Of a DNA stretch of 64,000 nt, positions 35,040 to 43,124 are shown piece after piece. Location of the stretch: assembly GCA_036275915.1 (NCBI GenBank), contig DASUCV010000009.1, positions 223,198 to 287,197 of the forward strand. Reading direction: 5' to 3'. This DNA comes from Candidatus Polarisedimenticolaceae bacterium (GTDB taxonomy: Bacteria; Acidobacteriota; Polarisedimenticolia; Polarisedimenticolales; DASRJG01). The translations under genes and the position numbers were made by a program. Every line of letters starts with the position of its first letter. Within the stretch, counting starts at the first letter, position 1. Below the pieces are notes generated by a model. The model was not told where the DNA came from. It did not search any database and saw only the letters and a program-made list of their open reading frames with translations.

Positions 35040-36887
35040 TCAGGGATTTGCCGTCGCGCCCTTAGGGAGATCACCGAGGCGGAAGACCGCCGTCGTCTGG
35101 TTCTCGACGAGCATGACGAGCTGCGTTTGCAGAAATGCGATGAACAGCGATCGATCGCGGTCGAGCGCGGACTGCGGGTAGAGACGGTCGTCGAGCAGGG
35201 GGAAGAGGAGCTGCTGCTCGAAGTACTGGTTCGCGGCGTCCTTGCGTACGACGACGTGGGTCACCCCTTGCGCACGCAGCTCGTCGGCGAATTTCTTCGC
35301 GTCGCCGGCTTCGCGCAAGCGCGCGAGCGACGCCGGCACCTCGTAGTTCGAGTCCGCGATGACCTCCCGATCGAGAAAGAAGAAGCGATTCTCGAACATG
35401 CCGAGCACCTTGCCGCCCGGCGGAACCGCTCCGTTCAAAATCGCGCAGAGGTCGAAGTTCGTGTTGCGGCCGAGCAGCTCGTCCCGTGACGACGTGAAGA
35501 GGGCGGCGCGCGACACGCCCTGCGCGGGCTCGACCGGGACCGCGATCACCTGGAGGGCGCCGGCGGCCATGACGACCGCGGCCGCGGCGGCGACCAGCCG
35601 AGGGCGCCCGGCGAACCGCGCCACGGGAAGCATCGCGGCGATCGCCATCACGGGGACCCACGCGACGAGGAACCGTCCGACCTCGCCGCTGACCGCCCAG
35701 CCGGCGCATCCGAGGAGCGTCATCGCCAGGATTCGGCGCGAGCCCGGCCGATAGCTGCGCGGCATCAGGAGAGCGGCGAGGATGAGCGCGAGCATGACGG
35801 CCGAGAATCCGGGCCTCAGGAAGACGTCGCGCGCCGCGACCATCTCGAACGGAAGCCGGAGCGCGTCGCCGAGACTGCGGTGCAGGAGCGAGAAGTAACC
35901 GAAATGGCGCGAGAGGTGCAGCACCTGGACGTCGCTCAGGCCGCGTCCTCCGAACAGACGGTAGGCCATCGGATAGACGGGATCGCCGGTGAGCATGAAG
36001 CTCTTCACGAGCCACGGGGCGACGAGCAATCCGAACGGCACGAGCATCCGCACCGCAGGGCGAGCGGCGGCGAGGAAGATCGCGGCGCTGAAGATCCATC
36101 CTTGATACTTCGCGCCCGCCGCCGCACCGCAGCAGATTCCGGCGAGCACGAGCCATCGACGCTCGCCGTCCCTGACGAACCGGAGGAGCAGGGTCGCCGC
36201 CGCGAGGAGGAACGTCGCGATGACCGGCTCGACGTAGCCGCGGCCGAGGTGCCACTGCACGATCGGATTCGAGACGAAGAGAAGCGCGGCGAGCCCGCCG
36301 AGACCTCGGCCCAGCTCGTCGCGCACGACCGAGCGGAGCCCGATGAGCGTCCAGAAGTTGAAGAAGAGGTTGAGCGCTTTGGCGGCGGTGAAGTCGCCCC
36401 ACGCCATCGGGTAGGTGTACAGCAGCTCCACGAGATGGGGCATGTTCGCGTACATGCCCGGCTGATACGTCATGGCGTGATGCGCGAGGTAGAGCTTCGG
36501 GAGCGCCAGGTGGTAGACGTTGTCGTCGTGCTCGAGGACCGGCGCCAGCGCGAGCGGAATCGCGGCGATGACGACGGCGGCGGCGACGAAGAACGCAGCG
36601 TCGTCGAGGTTTGGCGAAAGGGATCGCCACGGCTTCGCGCGGAGAAGATGGACGGCGCCCGAGAGCGCCGGCACCCCGGTCAGAAGAACGAGCGCCGGCC
36701 GGTAGAGGAGATGCATCGCGCCCAGAGCGAACGCCGCATAGCCGAGCACGACGAACCCGAGAACCGCGGCAATGAACGCGGAGGTGAGCCGCGGGGAGAT
36801 CCTTCGGCCGATCTCCCATGCCGCCAGATGGCACGCGGCGGCGGCCAGGAGGTTGCCGAGATACGCCGCGAGGTCGTGGAGCGACAT
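35040..36887 (-). CDS. Polytopic membrane protein, second GT-C-like candidate, 615 aa
   Basis: More than 12 hydrophobic segments. Acidic loop motif ...PVLEHDDNVYHLALPKLY.... The C-terminal soluble part of about 130 aa reads (...VTHVVVRKDAANQYFEQQL...). Function is an inference. Confidence 0.5.
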   Translation of the reverse strand: MSLHDLAAYLGNLLAAAACHLAAWEIGRRISPRLTSAFIAAVLGFVVLGYAAFALGAMHLLYRPALVLLTGVPALSGAVHLLRAKPWRSLSPNLDDAAFFVAAAVVIAAIPLALAPVLEHDDNVYHLALPKLYLAHHAMTYQPGMYANMPHLVELLYTYPMAWGDFTAAKALNLFFNFWTLIGLRSVVRDELGRGLGGLAALLFVSNPIVQWHLGRGYVEPVIATFLLAAATLLLRFVRDGERRWLVLAGICCGAAAGAKYQGWIFSAAIFLAAARPAVRMLVPFGLLVAPWLVKSFMLTGDPVYPMAYRLFGGRGLSDVQVLHLSRHFGYFSLLHRSLGDALRLPFEMVAARDVFLRPGFSAVMLALILAALLMPRSYRPGSRRILAMTLLGCAGWAVSGEVGRFLVAWVPVMAIAAMLPVARFAGRPRLVAAAAAVVMAAGALQVIAVPVEPAQGVSRAALFTSSRDELLGRNTNFDLCAILNGAVPPGGKVLGMFENRFFFLDREVIADSNYEVPASLARLREAGDAKKFADELRAQGVTHVVVRKDAANQYFEQQLLFPLLDDRLYPQSALDRDRSLFIAFLQTQLVMLVENQTTAVFRLGDLPKGATANP

Positions 36888-36903
36888 GGCGGCCGCATCT
36901 TAT

Positions 36904-36952
36904 CGAGGCTTTGCCTCGCGGCGTACGCGGCCGGAGTCGGGCTCGCGTACGC
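36904..36952 (-). terminator. Two hairpins downstream of the GFA gene (possible terminator / 5'-UTR structure)
   Basis: CGAGGC-ttt-GCCTCG lies at 36904-36918 and is followed on the minus strand by AUAAGAU. GCGTACGCG (36921-36929) pairs with CGCGTACGC (36944-36952). Confidence 0.25.
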
Positions 36953-36966
36953 CTGCGATCAGCGGA

Positions 36967-37359
36967 TCAATGCGGGGGATATTCGGCGAACTGCGGTGCG
37001 CTTCCGCCGATCTCGTCCCACGGCGCCTTGTAGGCGACCTGGCAGTGGAACGCCGGCATGAGGGCCACATCCTTGAGGACGCCGGCGCTGACGTAGTACG
37101 TCTCGCCGCCGTCGGCGTAGATCCCCGAGCCGCAGTTGCTGCAGAAGTAGCGGTCGGCGAATTTCTCTTCGTGGTACTTCTTGACCAGCTCCTTGCCGCC
37201 GGTGATCTTGAACCCCGACGCGGGTGCGACGACGACCGTCGCGCCCTGTCCGGTCCAGCGCGTACAGCGGGTGCAGTGGCAGGTCCCCAGCGCGCCTGCG
37301 CTTCCCACGTCGAACGTCACCTTGCCGCAGAGGCACTTGCCGTGGATGACATCGCTCAT
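36967..37359 (-). CDS. GFA (glutathione-dependent formaldehyde-activating / CENP-V-like) family zinc protein
   Basis: The Cys pattern CLCGKV...CHCTRC...CSNCGS is typical of the GFA domain. SD GGGAGAG lies upstream of the ATG at 37359. Confidence 0.85.
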   Translation of the reverse strand: MSDVIHGKCLCGKVTFDVGSAGALGTCHCTRCTRWTGQGATVVVAPASGFKITGGKELVKKYHEEKFADRYFCSNCGSGIYADGGETYYVSAGVLKDVALMPAFHCQVAYKAPWDEIGGSAPQFAEYPPH

Positions 37360-37429
37360 CGACTCTCCCTTTGCGCGCCATGAAGCGCGACGGGCGATCC
37401 TACAACCAGAAGCATCGAACGTCGAACCG

Positions 37430-37807
37430 TCACCGGCTCTCCTTCTTCTCGCGGGCTCGGTCGAGGAAGACGGAGAGCGCCCAGGCCACGAGCGAGACGA
37501 CGATGCCTCCGAGGAACGCCGCGCCGAACCCTTCGACGTGGAACCCCAGCCCGAGCGACGTCGAGATCCAGCCGGTGAACCACAGCATGAACGCGTTGAT
37601 GACGAGGAGGAAGATCCCGACCGTGAGGAGAACCGCCGGCAGCGACAGCAGCGTCACGATCGGCTTGACGATCGTGTTGACGACGCCGAAGACGAGCGCG
37701 ACGCCCAGGAGAAGGACCGGATTCCCCTCGAACGAGATCCCCGGGATGAAATGCACCGCGACCCACAGGGCCGCGGCGTTGATGAGCAATCGCAGGAGCA
37801 GACGCAT
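37430..37807 (-). CDS. DUF360 / 'phage holin family IV'-type small membrane protein, 125 aa
   Basis: MRLLLRLLINAAALWVAVHFIPGI...VFGVVNTIVKPIVTLLSLPAVLLTVGIFLLVINAFML...; 4 TM segments. ATG 37807 has GAGGAGG 6 nt upstream, so the longer track start at 37837 is rejected. Confidence 0.75.
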   Translation of the reverse strand: MRLLLRLLINAAALWVAVHFIPGISFEGNPVLLLGVALVFGVVNTIVKPIVTLLSLPAVLLTVGIFLLVINAFMLWFTGWISTSLGLGFHVEGFGAAFLGGIVVSLVAWALSVFLDRAREKKESR

Positions 37808-37855
37808 GTTCGCCTCCTCGAATAAGGCGAACAGCATAGTGCAAGCACGTGCGCG

Positions 37856-38584
37856 TCAGGAGCCGGGCTCGTAGACGCGGCGAACGGAGACCGTGCGCGA
37901 GCCCTTCGGTATCTTGAGCGTGCGCGTGACCTGAAGGAGCGGTTTCCCATCGTCCAAGGGAACGAGGGTGTAGGTCTCCTCGAACGTCTCGCCCGACCCG
38001 AGCGTCGTGGCTTCGTGGAGCTTCTCGCCGTCCCACTGGATCTGGGATTGCGCGGTGGTCCCGAATCGATCGTCGAGATGCGGCTTGCCGTCCGCCTGCC
38101 AATTCGTCATGCGCCCGCCGGTCTCGACGATCTGGAACATGCTCTCGTGCTGCGCGACGACGATGCTCTCCGGCATCTCTCGCATGAGCGACATCGCCGC
38201 CTCGATCACGGCACGATCGGGCTCGGCGCCGCGCGAGCCCGACGAGCTCCTGCCGCCGGAGCCCCCGTGGCCACCGCCGCCACCCCATCCACCTCCGCCG
38301 ACGCCGCCGCCGTGGCCGCCGTGACCTCCGTGGCCACCGCCGTATCCGCCGCCACCGCCACCTTCGCCGCCTTGCTCGTTCTCGACTTGCGGGGTATGTG
38401 CCGCCGGCAACGTCGCCTCGGGGTCATCGCTGAGCTTCGTGTTGAGCGTCCAGCTTCCGGCGAACGGGCAAGGAGCGACTGCCGTTGGTGGGGTGAGGTT
38501 GGCCGAAACGACCGTGGTCCCGTCGGCTTGCGCGGAGGAGAGGACGCAGACGGCGAACGCGCTGCCGACGATCCATCTCAGCAT
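37856..38584 (-). CDS. Secreted hypothetical protein with a Gly/His-rich low-complexity segment
   Basis: Signal peptide MLRWIVGSAFAVCVLSSAQA. Residues 71-119 read QGGEGGGGGGYGGGHGGHGGHGGGVGGGGWGGGGGHGGSGGRSSSGSRG (nt 38228-38374). A structured C-terminal domain of about 120 aa follows. Confidence 0.65.
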   Translation of the reverse strand: MLRWIVGSAFAVCVLSSAQADGTTVVSANLTPPTAVAPCPFAGSWTLNTKLSDDPEATLPAAHTPQVENEQGGEGGGGGGYGGGHGGHGGHGGGVGGGGWGGGGGHGGSGGRSSSGSRGAEPDRAVIEAAMSLMREMPESIVVAQHESMFQIVETGGRMTNWQADGKPHLDDRFGTTAQSQIQWDGEKLHEATTLGSGETFEETYTLVPLDDGKPLLQVTRTLKIPKGSRTVSVRRVYEPGS

Positions 38585-38644
38585 GTGAGTCTCGCTCCGG
38601 CCCCCCGGAGTCGTGCACCAGCTTCCTACCGGGCGCTTAACGGC

Positions 38645-40411
38645 CTACGAACCGGGCGCGAGCTCCGGAGCCCGGTAGATCTCCTGACCGTCGAGGAGTG
38701 TCAAGAGAACGCGCGTGCGCCCGATCTCGTTCGGAGGAATCGCGAAGAGGTCGTGCTCGAGAACGACGAGATCGGCGGCCTTCCCTGCCTCGATCGTGCC
38801 GGTCTCCTTCTCGCGGAAGTCGATCCACGCGCCGCGACGCGTGTAGCCCTCGAGCATCGACTCGAGACTCACGCGCTCTTCGGGGATGAACGAGGACACG
38901 GTCGCGGCGTCGGGATCGCTGCGCGTCACGCCGACCTGGATCGCCGGGAGCGGATCGACGGTGGTCACCGCCCAGTCGCTGCCGAAGACGACGGCGGCGC
39001 CGGAGCGCGTGACGCTCCCGATGGGATAGATCCAGCGCGAGCGCTCGGGGCCGAGGATGGGAAGGGTGAGGTTCGTGATGTACGGATCCGCGAAAGCCCA
39101 CAGCGCCTGGAAGTTCGCGACGACGCCGAGCTTCGCGAAGCGCGGGATGTCCGCCGGGTCGATCAGCTCGAGGTGCGCGATCTGGTGGCGTGCGTCGCGC
39201 ACGCCGTTCTTCGCCTGCGCGCGCTCGAACGCATCGAGCGTCATGCGCACGGCGCGGTCGCCGATCGCGTGGACGTGCACCTGGAAGTGCGCCCGATCGA
39301 GCGCCTCGACCAGATCGTTCAGCGCGTCGGGCGTGTAGCGCGGGAGTCCACGCGCGCCGGTCGGGTCGCCGAGATAGGGCTCGAGGAGCGCCGCGGTGCG
39401 CGATTCGATGACGCCGTCGGCAAAAATCTTCGCGGAGCTCGCGGTCAGGCGTGGACCGCGCGTTCGGGCGCGAAGCGCCTCGAGCTTCGCAACTTGCCCC
39501 GGTCCCGCCTCCGGGTCGGTCTCGAGAGCGACGGAAACCTTCGCGGTCAGCTCGCCGGCGTCGGAGAGCTTCTGGTAGATCCCGAGGATTCCCTCGCTCG
39601 CATCCGCCTCGGTGAACGACGTGATGCCGTGGCTCGCCATCTCGTGCAGCGCGCGGCGAAAGCCTTCGGCGACCTCGGCGAGCGGCGTCGGGGGAAGGTG
39701 CTCCTCCACGAGGCCGGCCGCCGATTCACGCAAGGTTCCCGTCGGCTCTCCGGTCTTGGGGTCGCGCTCGATCCGGCCGTCCTGAGGATCGGGCGTGTCG
39801 CGCGTGACTCCGGCGATCGCGAGCGCCGCGGTGTTCACCCAGGCCGAGTGGCCGTCGGACGATGCGATGAGGGCCGGCCGGTCGCCGACGATGGCGTCGA
39901 GATCTTGCCGCCGCGGCCCTTCGGGGAAAACCGGGAGTTGCCAGCCACGGCCGCGAAACCAGTTCTTCTTCGGGTCGGCGCCGGCGGGGATCGGATGATC
40001 GTGCGCGCAGCGACGGAGCGTCTCGAAAGCCGCCTCCGGCGTCGCGCACTGCGCGAGATCGCACCAGCTCAGCTGGACGCCGGCCTCGACGGGGTGCACG
40101 TGCGCATCGTGGAAGCCGGGGAGCAGCATGCGGCCGGCGAGCGAGACGACGCGCGTCGAGGGGCCGATCCAGCGCCTCGCTTCGCCGTTGTCCCCGACGA
40201 AGACGATGCGGCCGCCCAACACCGCGACCGCCTCCGCGCGTGGCCGCGCGGGATCGGCCGTATAGATCGTCCCGCCACGGAAGAGCAGATCGGCGGCATC
40301 ATGAGTCGCGATCTGTGTCGAGGCACCGTCGCGGCGGGAAACGCCAGGCCCGGTGCAGGAGGCGAGCAGGACGAGGACCGTCGTCGAGGCGAGCCGTCGA
40401 GCGAGCTGCAT
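38645..40411 (-). CDS. Amidohydrolase-family metallohydrolase (Amidohydro_3 / YtcJ-like) lipoprotein
   Basis: Lipobox VLLASCTG. Metal-binding motif PGFHDAHVHPVEAG, later HVHAIGDRA, and AVVFGSDW near the C-terminus. Confidence 0.85.
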   Translation of the reverse strand: MQLARRLASTTVLVLLASCTGPGVSRRDGASTQIATHDAADLLFRGGTIYTADPARPRAEAVAVLGGRIVFVGDNGEARRWIGPSTRVVSLAGRMLLPGFHDAHVHPVEAGVQLSWCDLAQCATPEAAFETLRRCAHDHPIPAGADPKKNWFRGRGWQLPVFPEGPRRQDLDAIVGDRPALIASSDGHSAWVNTAALAIAGVTRDTPDPQDGRIERDPKTGEPTGTLRESAAGLVEEHLPPTPLAEVAEGFRRALHEMASHGITSFTEADASEGILGIYQKLSDAGELTAKVSVALETDPEAGPGQVAKLEALRARTRGPRLTASSAKIFADGVIESRTAALLEPYLGDPTGARGLPRYTPDALNDLVEALDRAHFQVHVHAIGDRAVRMTLDAFERAQAKNGVRDARHQIAHLELIDPADIPRFAKLGVVANFQALWAFADPYITNLTLPILGPERSRWIYPIGSVTRSGAAVVFGSDWAVTTVDPLPAIQVGVTRSDPDAATVSSFIPEERVSLESMLEGYTRRGAWIDFREKETGTIEAGKAADLVVLEHDLFAIPPNEIGRTRVLLTLLDGQEIYRAPELAPGS

Positions 40412-40435
40412 CCGTTCAGCATAGTAGGTGCCGGG

Positions 40436-42469
40436 CTACCTCGTCACCGTCGCCCAGAACGGCAGGTACCTCTTCGCGTCCTTCACGCCTTGCTCGGTGA
40501 CGAGAGTCCCCGTCACGTTGAGCTTCGTCAGCTTCGAGACCTGCTTCAGGTGGACGAGGCCGGCGTCGGTCACCTTCGTCCCCGAGACGTTGAGGCCGGC
40601 GAGGCCCGGAAGCCGGCTCACCTGGGCGAGACCGGCGTCGGTGATGCCGTCGTTCGACAGATTGATCGACTCGAGCCGTGACAGACCCGCGAGGTGCACG
40701 AGACCCGCGTCGGTCACCTTGGTGTCCGCGAGGTTGAGGGTCGTGAGGCCCGAGAGCGTCCCGAGGTGGACGAGGCCGTCGTCGGTGATCGCCGTCCCCT
40801 TGAGACCGAGATACTCGAGCGACGTGAGCTCTCCCAGGCGTGCGAGGCCGCCGTCGGTGATCTTGGTCCCCGAGAGGTTCAGGACACGCAGAGCCGGTAG
40901 GGTCTTCATGACCTCGAGCGCTGCGTCGCCGGTCGATGCTCCCATGAGGCCGAGGCCGTGGAGGTTGGGCAAGCCCTCGAGCGCACGGACGTCCTCGTCG
41001 GTCACGGCCGCGTTGCCGAGGCTCAACTCTTCGAGATCGCGAAGCCGGGCCAGCATCGGGATCACCATCGCGAGGTTCGTCGCCTTGTCCAGCCCCACGC
41101 CGACGATGCGCGAACCTTGGCGCTTGACGGTGCCTCCGGCGGCCTCGATCGCCGCCTGCGGCGTACCCGGCGCCGGCGCGCTCGCGCTCTCGGGCTTGCC
41201 TCCCGTCGGCGGAAGCCGGAACTCCACGTAGTCCGAACGGACCGGGCGCACGAGGCGCTCATCGCCGGGATAGGGCTCGTCCCTGAGGTAGTAGCTCACA
41301 CGAACCCGGCGGTCCTCCGGGTAATAGAAGGCGTGCCAGAACGTGCGCATCGGCGGACGGGAGGGATCCGCCGCCTGCGACATCTGCGCATCGACGTTCT
41401 GATGGAAGCCGCGGATCGTCTCGTCGTCGAGCCTTCCGGCGGCCAGCTTTTCCGTGAGGTACGCGTAGCGCTTGCACGTCGACCTCGCCTTCTCCGCCGA
41501 AGGAGGCTTGCCGTCCTCGAGCTGCTTGTGAAGGGTGAAGTTCGTCATGACGAGCGGCTGGCCCGGGTTCTCGACGATGTACTCCTTGTTGTGGACCTCG
41601 GAGTACTCCCACACGAACGCGTTGCCGTTGCGGTCGGCGATCAGGTAGTGCACCGGGACGTACTGGTAGTACTGCTTCGTCGCCTGGAGCGCCTGCTTCG
41701 CTTCGTCGACCGTGGCGCAGGTATCGAGGAGCAAGCGCAACGTCTGGAGCTCGCTCACCCCGACCGCGGGCTCCCGCGTCGGCTCCGTCTTCGCGTGGCT
41801 GAAGATCTCGTCGTCCATCGCCAGCGTGACGGTGAGCCCTTCGGAGTTGATGCCGTCGAGCACCCCGCTCAAGAGATCGTAGGCGACCATCGCGATCGAG
41901 GCGTATCCGCGATCGGGATGCAGCTCGAGGAGGTACGGCCGCGCCGTCGGATGCAGCATGCCGGGCGGAAGGAAGCCGAAGCTGAGCGCGCCGGTCGTGA
42001 AGTCGTAGTCGCGGCTCACGACGCTCTTGCCGTTCGCGGTCGATGCGGGCGGCAGATGCGCGATGGAGCATCCGGCGCGCAGATCGGTGTATCCGAGGCT
42101 CGTGAAGTCCCAGCCGTCGTCGTCGATCGACTTGCCGAACGCCGCGGCGACGCCCCGCATCCGCTCGAGCAGGATGGGATCGTTCCGCTCGAGGAACTTG
42201 CGCATCGCGCGCGCTTGCACGGGATCCTTGGCGGCCGGGAGTCGCACGCCGTAGCGTTCCTTCCCGAGCTCCGCGAGGGCGCGGCCGATCTGCTCGTTCG
42301 TCCCCCGCAGGACGAGGTGGCGCACTTCGAGGGAGTCGCTCGGTCCGCCGGCGATGACACGATCCTCCTCGATCACGCTCCCCGACGTGGCGGGAGACGA
42401 GCAGCCGTGGAGGCCCGCGAGCAGGACGAAACCGAGGCACGGGATCGCTTCCGCGAGGCGGCGAACCAT
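40436..42469 (-). CDS. Lipoprotein combining an Ntn-hydrolase domain (peptidase C45 / acyl-CoA:6-APA acyltransferase-like) with eight C-terminal 24-aa leucine-rich repeats
   Basis: Lipobox LAGLHGC. A Gly-Cys self-processing-type site ...DLRAG|CSIAHL (Cys134), followed by ...RDYDF..., ...GINSEGLTVTL..., ...YLIADRNGNAFVWEY.... The C-terminus has 8 copies of LxxLxLxGTxVTDAGLxHLxxLxx (residues 479-670). Confidence 0.7.
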   Translation of the reverse strand: MVRRLAEAIPCLGFVLLAGLHGCSSPATSGSVIEEDRVIAGGPSDSLEVRHLVLRGTNEQIGRALAELGKERYGVRLPAAKDPVQARAMRKFLERNDPILLERMRGVAAAFGKSIDDDGWDFTSLGYTDLRAGCSIAHLPPASTANGKSVVSRDYDFTTGALSFGFLPPGMLHPTARPYLLELHPDRGYASIAMVAYDLLSGVLDGINSEGLTVTLAMDDEIFSHAKTEPTREPAVGVSELQTLRLLLDTCATVDEAKQALQATKQYYQYVPVHYLIADRNGNAFVWEYSEVHNKEYIVENPGQPLVMTNFTLHKQLEDGKPPSAEKARSTCKRYAYLTEKLAAGRLDDETIRGFHQNVDAQMSQAADPSRPPMRTFWHAFYYPEDRRVRVSYYLRDEPYPGDERLVRPVRSDYVEFRLPPTGGKPESASAPAPGTPQAAIEAAGGTVKRQGSRIVGVGLDKATNLAMVIPMLARLRDLEELSLGNAAVTDEDVRALEGLPNLHGLGLMGASTGDAALEVMKTLPALRVLNLSGTKITDGGLARLGELTSLEYLGLKGTAITDDGLVHLGTLSGLTTLNLADTKVTDAGLVHLAGLSRLESINLSNDGITDAGLAQVSRLPGLAGLNVSGTKVTDAGLVHLKQVSKLTKLNVTGTLVTEQGVKDAKRYLPFWATVTR
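40460..41035 (-). repeat. Eight tandem 72-bp coding repeats (24-aa LRR units)
   Basis: Units: LEELSLGNAAVTDEDVRALEGLPN / LHGLGLMGASTGDAALEVMKTLPA / LRVLNLSGTKITDGGLARLGELTS / LEYLGLKGTAITDDGLVHLGTLSG / LTTLNLADTKVTDAGLVHLAGLSR / LESINLSNDGITDAGLAQVSRLPG / LAGLNVSGTKVTDAGLVHLKQVSK / LTKLNVTGTLVTEQGVKDAKRYLP. Confidence 0.85.
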
Positions 42470-42492
42470 GGATGCACCTCCTACTTGCTTTT

Positions 42493-42525
42493 TGACCCTA
42501 GGTCAGTATCATAACCAGTGGTTAT
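42493..42525. promoter_or_regulatory. Two inverted repeats (candidate TetR operators) in the 48-bp divergent intergenic region
   Basis: IR1 is TGACC-CTA-GGTCA at 42493-42505. IR2 is ATAACCA-G-TGGTTAT at 42511-42525, with perfect 7-bp arms, and covers both candidate start codons of the TetR gene (GTG 42518, ATG 42524). Confidence 0.45.
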
Positions 42526-43123
42526 GACACGTCAAGCGGAAATTCGCTCCCCCCGCGAGCGCTACCGGGACCAGCTCCGGCGCGACATCCTCGACGCCGC
42601 CCGCGAGGCGTTCGCTCAGGACGGCTACGAGGGGGTCTCGATGCGCAAGCTCGCCGAGAAGATCGGCTGCTCGCACGCCAACCTCTACCTGCACTTCAAG
42701 GACAAGGAGGCTCTCTTCGAGAGTCTGGTCGAGGAGAGCTTCGACCGGTTCGCCGACGGCCTCCGCAAGCAGATCGAATCGGCGAAGGGCGGCGATCCGG
42801 TCACCTTGCTGCGGAAGGCAGGACGCGCCTACGTGGAGTTCGGCGTCGCGAACCCCGGCGTCTACGAGTTCGCGTTCCTCATGCGCCGGCAAGGCGTGAG
42901 CAAGCCTCACGTCAGCTACGAACGCCTGCGATCGCTCGTGCAGCGCTGCGTCGACGAGAAGCGATTCCGCCATGCGAACGTCGATGCCGCGAGCCAGGCG
43001 TTATGGGCAGCCGGCCACGGGATCGCATCGCTTCTGATCCTTCGACCCACGTTCGCCTGGTCCGATCGGCGGAAGCTGATCGGCCAAGTGATCGACTCGG
43101 CGGTGGACGGCCTCCTGGCCTGA
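42518..43123 (+). CDS. TetR/AcrR family transcriptional regulator
   Basis: N-terminal HTH ...ILDAAREAFAQDGYEGVSMRKLAEKIGCSHANLYLHFKDKEALF.... 201 aa from GTG 42518, or 199 aa from ATG 42524. Confidence 0.85.
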   Translation: MVMTRQAEIRSPRERYRDQLRRDILDAAREAFAQDGYEGVSMRKLAEKIGCSHANLYLHFKDKEALFESLVEESFDRFADGLRKQIESAKGGDPVTLLRKAGRAYVEFGVANPGVYEFAFLMRRQGVSKPHVSYERLRSLVQRCVDEKRFRHANVDAASQALWAAGHGIASLLILRPTFAWSDRRKLIGQVIDSAVDGLLA

Positions 43124-43124
43124 C

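Noticed and set aside
37430-37807. A 'phage holin family' gene as a possible prophage marker.
   Set aside because: The DUF360-type protein is widespread in chromosomes. No terminase, portal, capsid, tail, integrase, lysin or att-like repeats occur anywhere in the window.
38015-40681. An 888-aa plus-strand ORF antisense to the Gly/His protein and amidohydrolase genes.
   Set aside because: It has no recognisable motifs and an Arg/Gly/Asp-rich composition. The opposite strand carries an amidohydrolase with metal-binding motifs.
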